From: Gemmatimonadales bacterium
GTDB taxonomy: Bacteria; Gemmatimonadota; Gemmatimonadetes; Gemmatimonadales; GWC2-71-9
Direction: 5' to 3'
Assembly (NCBI GenBank): GCA_035280265.1
Contig: DATEGE010000194.1
Coordinates: forward strand, 486 to 64,485
Length of the DNA stretch: 64,000 bases
Shown: positions 62,464-64,000 of the stretch, in pieces
How positions within the stretch are numbered: position 1 is the first letter of the stretch
Layout of the letters: the number at the start of each line of letters is the position of its first letter
The notes under the pieces: generated by a model
What the model was told of the DNA's origin: nothing
Seen by the model: only the letters and a program-made list of their open reading frames with translations
The model's database searches: none
Program-made: the position numbers and the translations under genes

Positions 62464-64000
62464 ATGCAGACGCCCCGGTTACTCCGCAGCTCCCTCGAAC
62501 GGATCGGACTCACCATCCCGCCGCGCTCCGCCGAGGAGGCGCCGCTGCCGTTGTGTCTCATCCTCGAAGAGGAATACCGGCGGCTCCACCCCGAGCACCC
62601 GCTGGAGCTCACGTGGCTGCTCGAGCCCGATCACGTGCTCGACCTGCCCCGATTGGCCTCCAAGCTCACCACCGCCGACGATCCGGCGGCGGCTTGGCTG
62701 GCGGGCCAACTCTCCACGGAGACGACTCCTCTCCTCAGGCGCTCCGTGCGGGGCGAGGCGGTGCCCCGGCAGCAGGTGTTGTCGGCATTACTGAAGGACC
62801 TCAACTGGCTACTCGAGAAGGATTCGCTCGGCGCGCATCGCGCGTTCGCGAGTCTCCGCCTTCCCCGCATCACCGCCGACTTGCTCGCGCGGCAGCCCGA
62901 TGGGGACGCACGTGTGCACCTGAACCGCCTCCTCCTGGAGGCCGCGTTCCCGGACGCCCTGGCGCGCATTCACGCGGTGCGCCTCACCGCGTTCTACGTC
63001 GCGACCCAGCAGCACTCCACGACCGCCCTGTGTCTATCGGGAGGCGGAATTCGCAGCGCGACTTTCGCGCTCGGCCTGCTGCAAGCGCTGGCACGGCACG
63101 GGGTGTTGCAAGAGTTCGATTACCTCTCGACGGTCTCCGGCGGCGGCTACATCGGAAGCTGGCTCACCGGATGGATTCATCGGGTCGGCCGCGAGGCGGC
63201 GATCGACGCACTACGCCGTAGCGTGGCGGGGGACGCGCCCGACCTGCCGGGCAAGCCGAGGGATCCTGTGGAGCCCGAGCCCGTGCCTATCCGACAGCTG
63301 CGAGCCTACAGTAACTACCTCGCGCCACGCTTAGGCCTGCTCTCAGCCGACACGTGGACGCTCTTGGCGATCTACCTGCGCAACCTATTCCTGAATTGGC
63401 TCGTCATTCTGCCCCTCCTCGCTGCGGTGTTGCTGCTCCCGATCTTGGCGGTGACGGTTGTCCGCGCGCACGTCGTGGTGTCGCTCGCCCCGTGGCGCTC
63501 CGTCGTCCCTTGGGCCATGGCGGTCGGATTGGCGCTCGCCGTGCTCGCCATCCGTTACGTCCACGCGCAGTGGCCGAGTAAGCAGGCGTCGCGTCCGCCC
63601 AGCGCGCGAAGCCCCCACCCCAGCGACCAGCGGCAATTCTTGCGGCGGTGCCTCCTGCCGCTGTTGGGGGCGACCGCCTTGCTTACGACGGTGTGGGCGT
63701 GGCTCACGACAGCGGGAACCTCGCTGGTGCCGCCGCTCGCCTGGAACATGGCGGGCGTGACACTGCACTCGAGCGCACCACTCGGATTCGCCGCCATCGG
63801 TGGCTTGTTGCACCTGAGCGGGTGGCTGCTCACGCCACGTCGGCTCGTCCCGCTCACGCTGCTGCAGGGCGTGGTGGTCCTGATGACCGGCGCCATCGGT
63901 GGGCTGGTCGCGTACGCCGCGGCAGCGGAGCTGTTCGGCGAGCAGTGGAGCGAGGACGCTCCGGCCGCCGAGTGGTACGTGTGCTTTGCGGCCCCGCTGT
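62464..64000 (+). CDS. patatin-like phospholipase with multi-TM region (3' end outside window; absent from ORF track)
   Basis: I translated this frame by eye from ATG 62464 to the window end and found no stop. It has an oxyanion motif CLSGGGIRSATFALGLLQAL and a nucleophile elbow DYLSTVSGGGYIGSW, followed by several hydrophobic helices (LVILPLLAAVLLLPILAV, AMAVGLALAVLAI, ...). GGAG lies 5 nt upstream of the ATG. Confidence 0.7.
   Translation, partial: MQTPRLLRSSLERIGLTIPPRSAEEAPLPLCLILEEEYRRLHPEHPLELTWLLEPDHVLDLPRLASKLTTADDPAAAWLAGQLSTETTPLLRRSVRGEAVPRQQVLSALLKDLNWLLEKDSLGAHRAFASLRLPRITADLLARQPDGDARVHLNRLLLEAAFPDALARIHAVRLTAFYVATQQHSTTALCLSGGGIRSATFALGLLQALARHGVLQEFDYLSTVSGGGYIGSWLTGWIHRVGREAAIDALRRSVAGDAPDLPGKPRDPVEPEPVPIRQLRAYSNYLAPRLGLLSADTWTLLAIYLRNLFLNWLVILPLLAAVLLLPILAVTVVRAHVVVSLAPWRSVVPWAMAVGLALAVLAIRYVHAQWPSKQASRPPSARSPHPSDQRQFLRRCLLPLLGATALLTTVWAWLTTAGTSLVPPLAWNMAGVTLHSSAPLGFAAIGGLLHLSGWLLTPRRLVPLTLLQGVVVLMTGAIGGLVAYAAAAELFGEQWSEDAPAAEWYVCFAAPL

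Noticed and set aside
1-64000. Scan for rRNA, tRNA, CRISPR arrays and known defence-system signatures.
   Set aside because: None was recognised by eye in any intergenic region. All gaps larger than 100 nt were read (1426-1510, 6279-6627, 13087-13332, 14134-14305, 15827-15969, 23847-23961, 45379-45548, 48471-48713, 49032-49175, 54261-54396, 62264-62463). A tRNAscan/Infernal run would be needed for certainty.

Overview
This is a high-GC bacterial chromosomal window, densely coding on both strands. SusC/SusD genes combined with an all-GH57 glycogen cluster suggest Gemmatimonadota or a relative, but that is inference only. I ran no searches; every family call rests on motifs read directly in the translated ORFs. 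I support about 58 CDS and found no rRNA, tRNA, CRISPR array, integrase or transposase. Recognisable blocks:
- a SusC/SusD pair with a LytS-type kinase and LytTR regulator
- two MarR units
- an RND efflux operon in the order RND-OMF-MFP
- an ATP-dependent DNA ligase and Ogt next to an ECF sigma / anti-sigma / Spy-like triad
- a translationally coupled six-gene glycogen operon (DUF2461-GlgP-GlgA plus three GH57 genes)
- MsrA, a large BNR/sortilin-like protein and PPK2
- a DGPF + ECF42-type sigma module
- an M1 peptidase, a creatininase-family protein and a Vgb-like propeller
The most interesting region is 54.3-64.0 kb. A lipoprotein haem dioxygenase with an alpha-dioxygenase/COX-like signature is translationally coupled to a P450 that lacks the usual I-helix acid-alcohol pair. 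These two are flanked by two tandem dihaem CCP/MauG-like cytochromes and by a divergent patatin-like phospholipase. The patatin ORF is open-ended and therefore absent from the ORF track. Together these look like a complete, un-fused bacterial oxylipin-type pathway. A directional ~19-nt motif (TGyCGCrAAAnnnCCCTAG), always in tandem with exact 21-bp phasing, precedes all three transcription units of this locus. It also precedes a 42-aa secreted Cys-peptide gene beside a TPR protein and an AraC-type regulator at 23.9 kb, and a membrane coiled-coil gene at 45.5 kb. This suggests one dispersed regulon. Many long ORFs in the track are antisense or off-frame shadows of real genes and were rejected.
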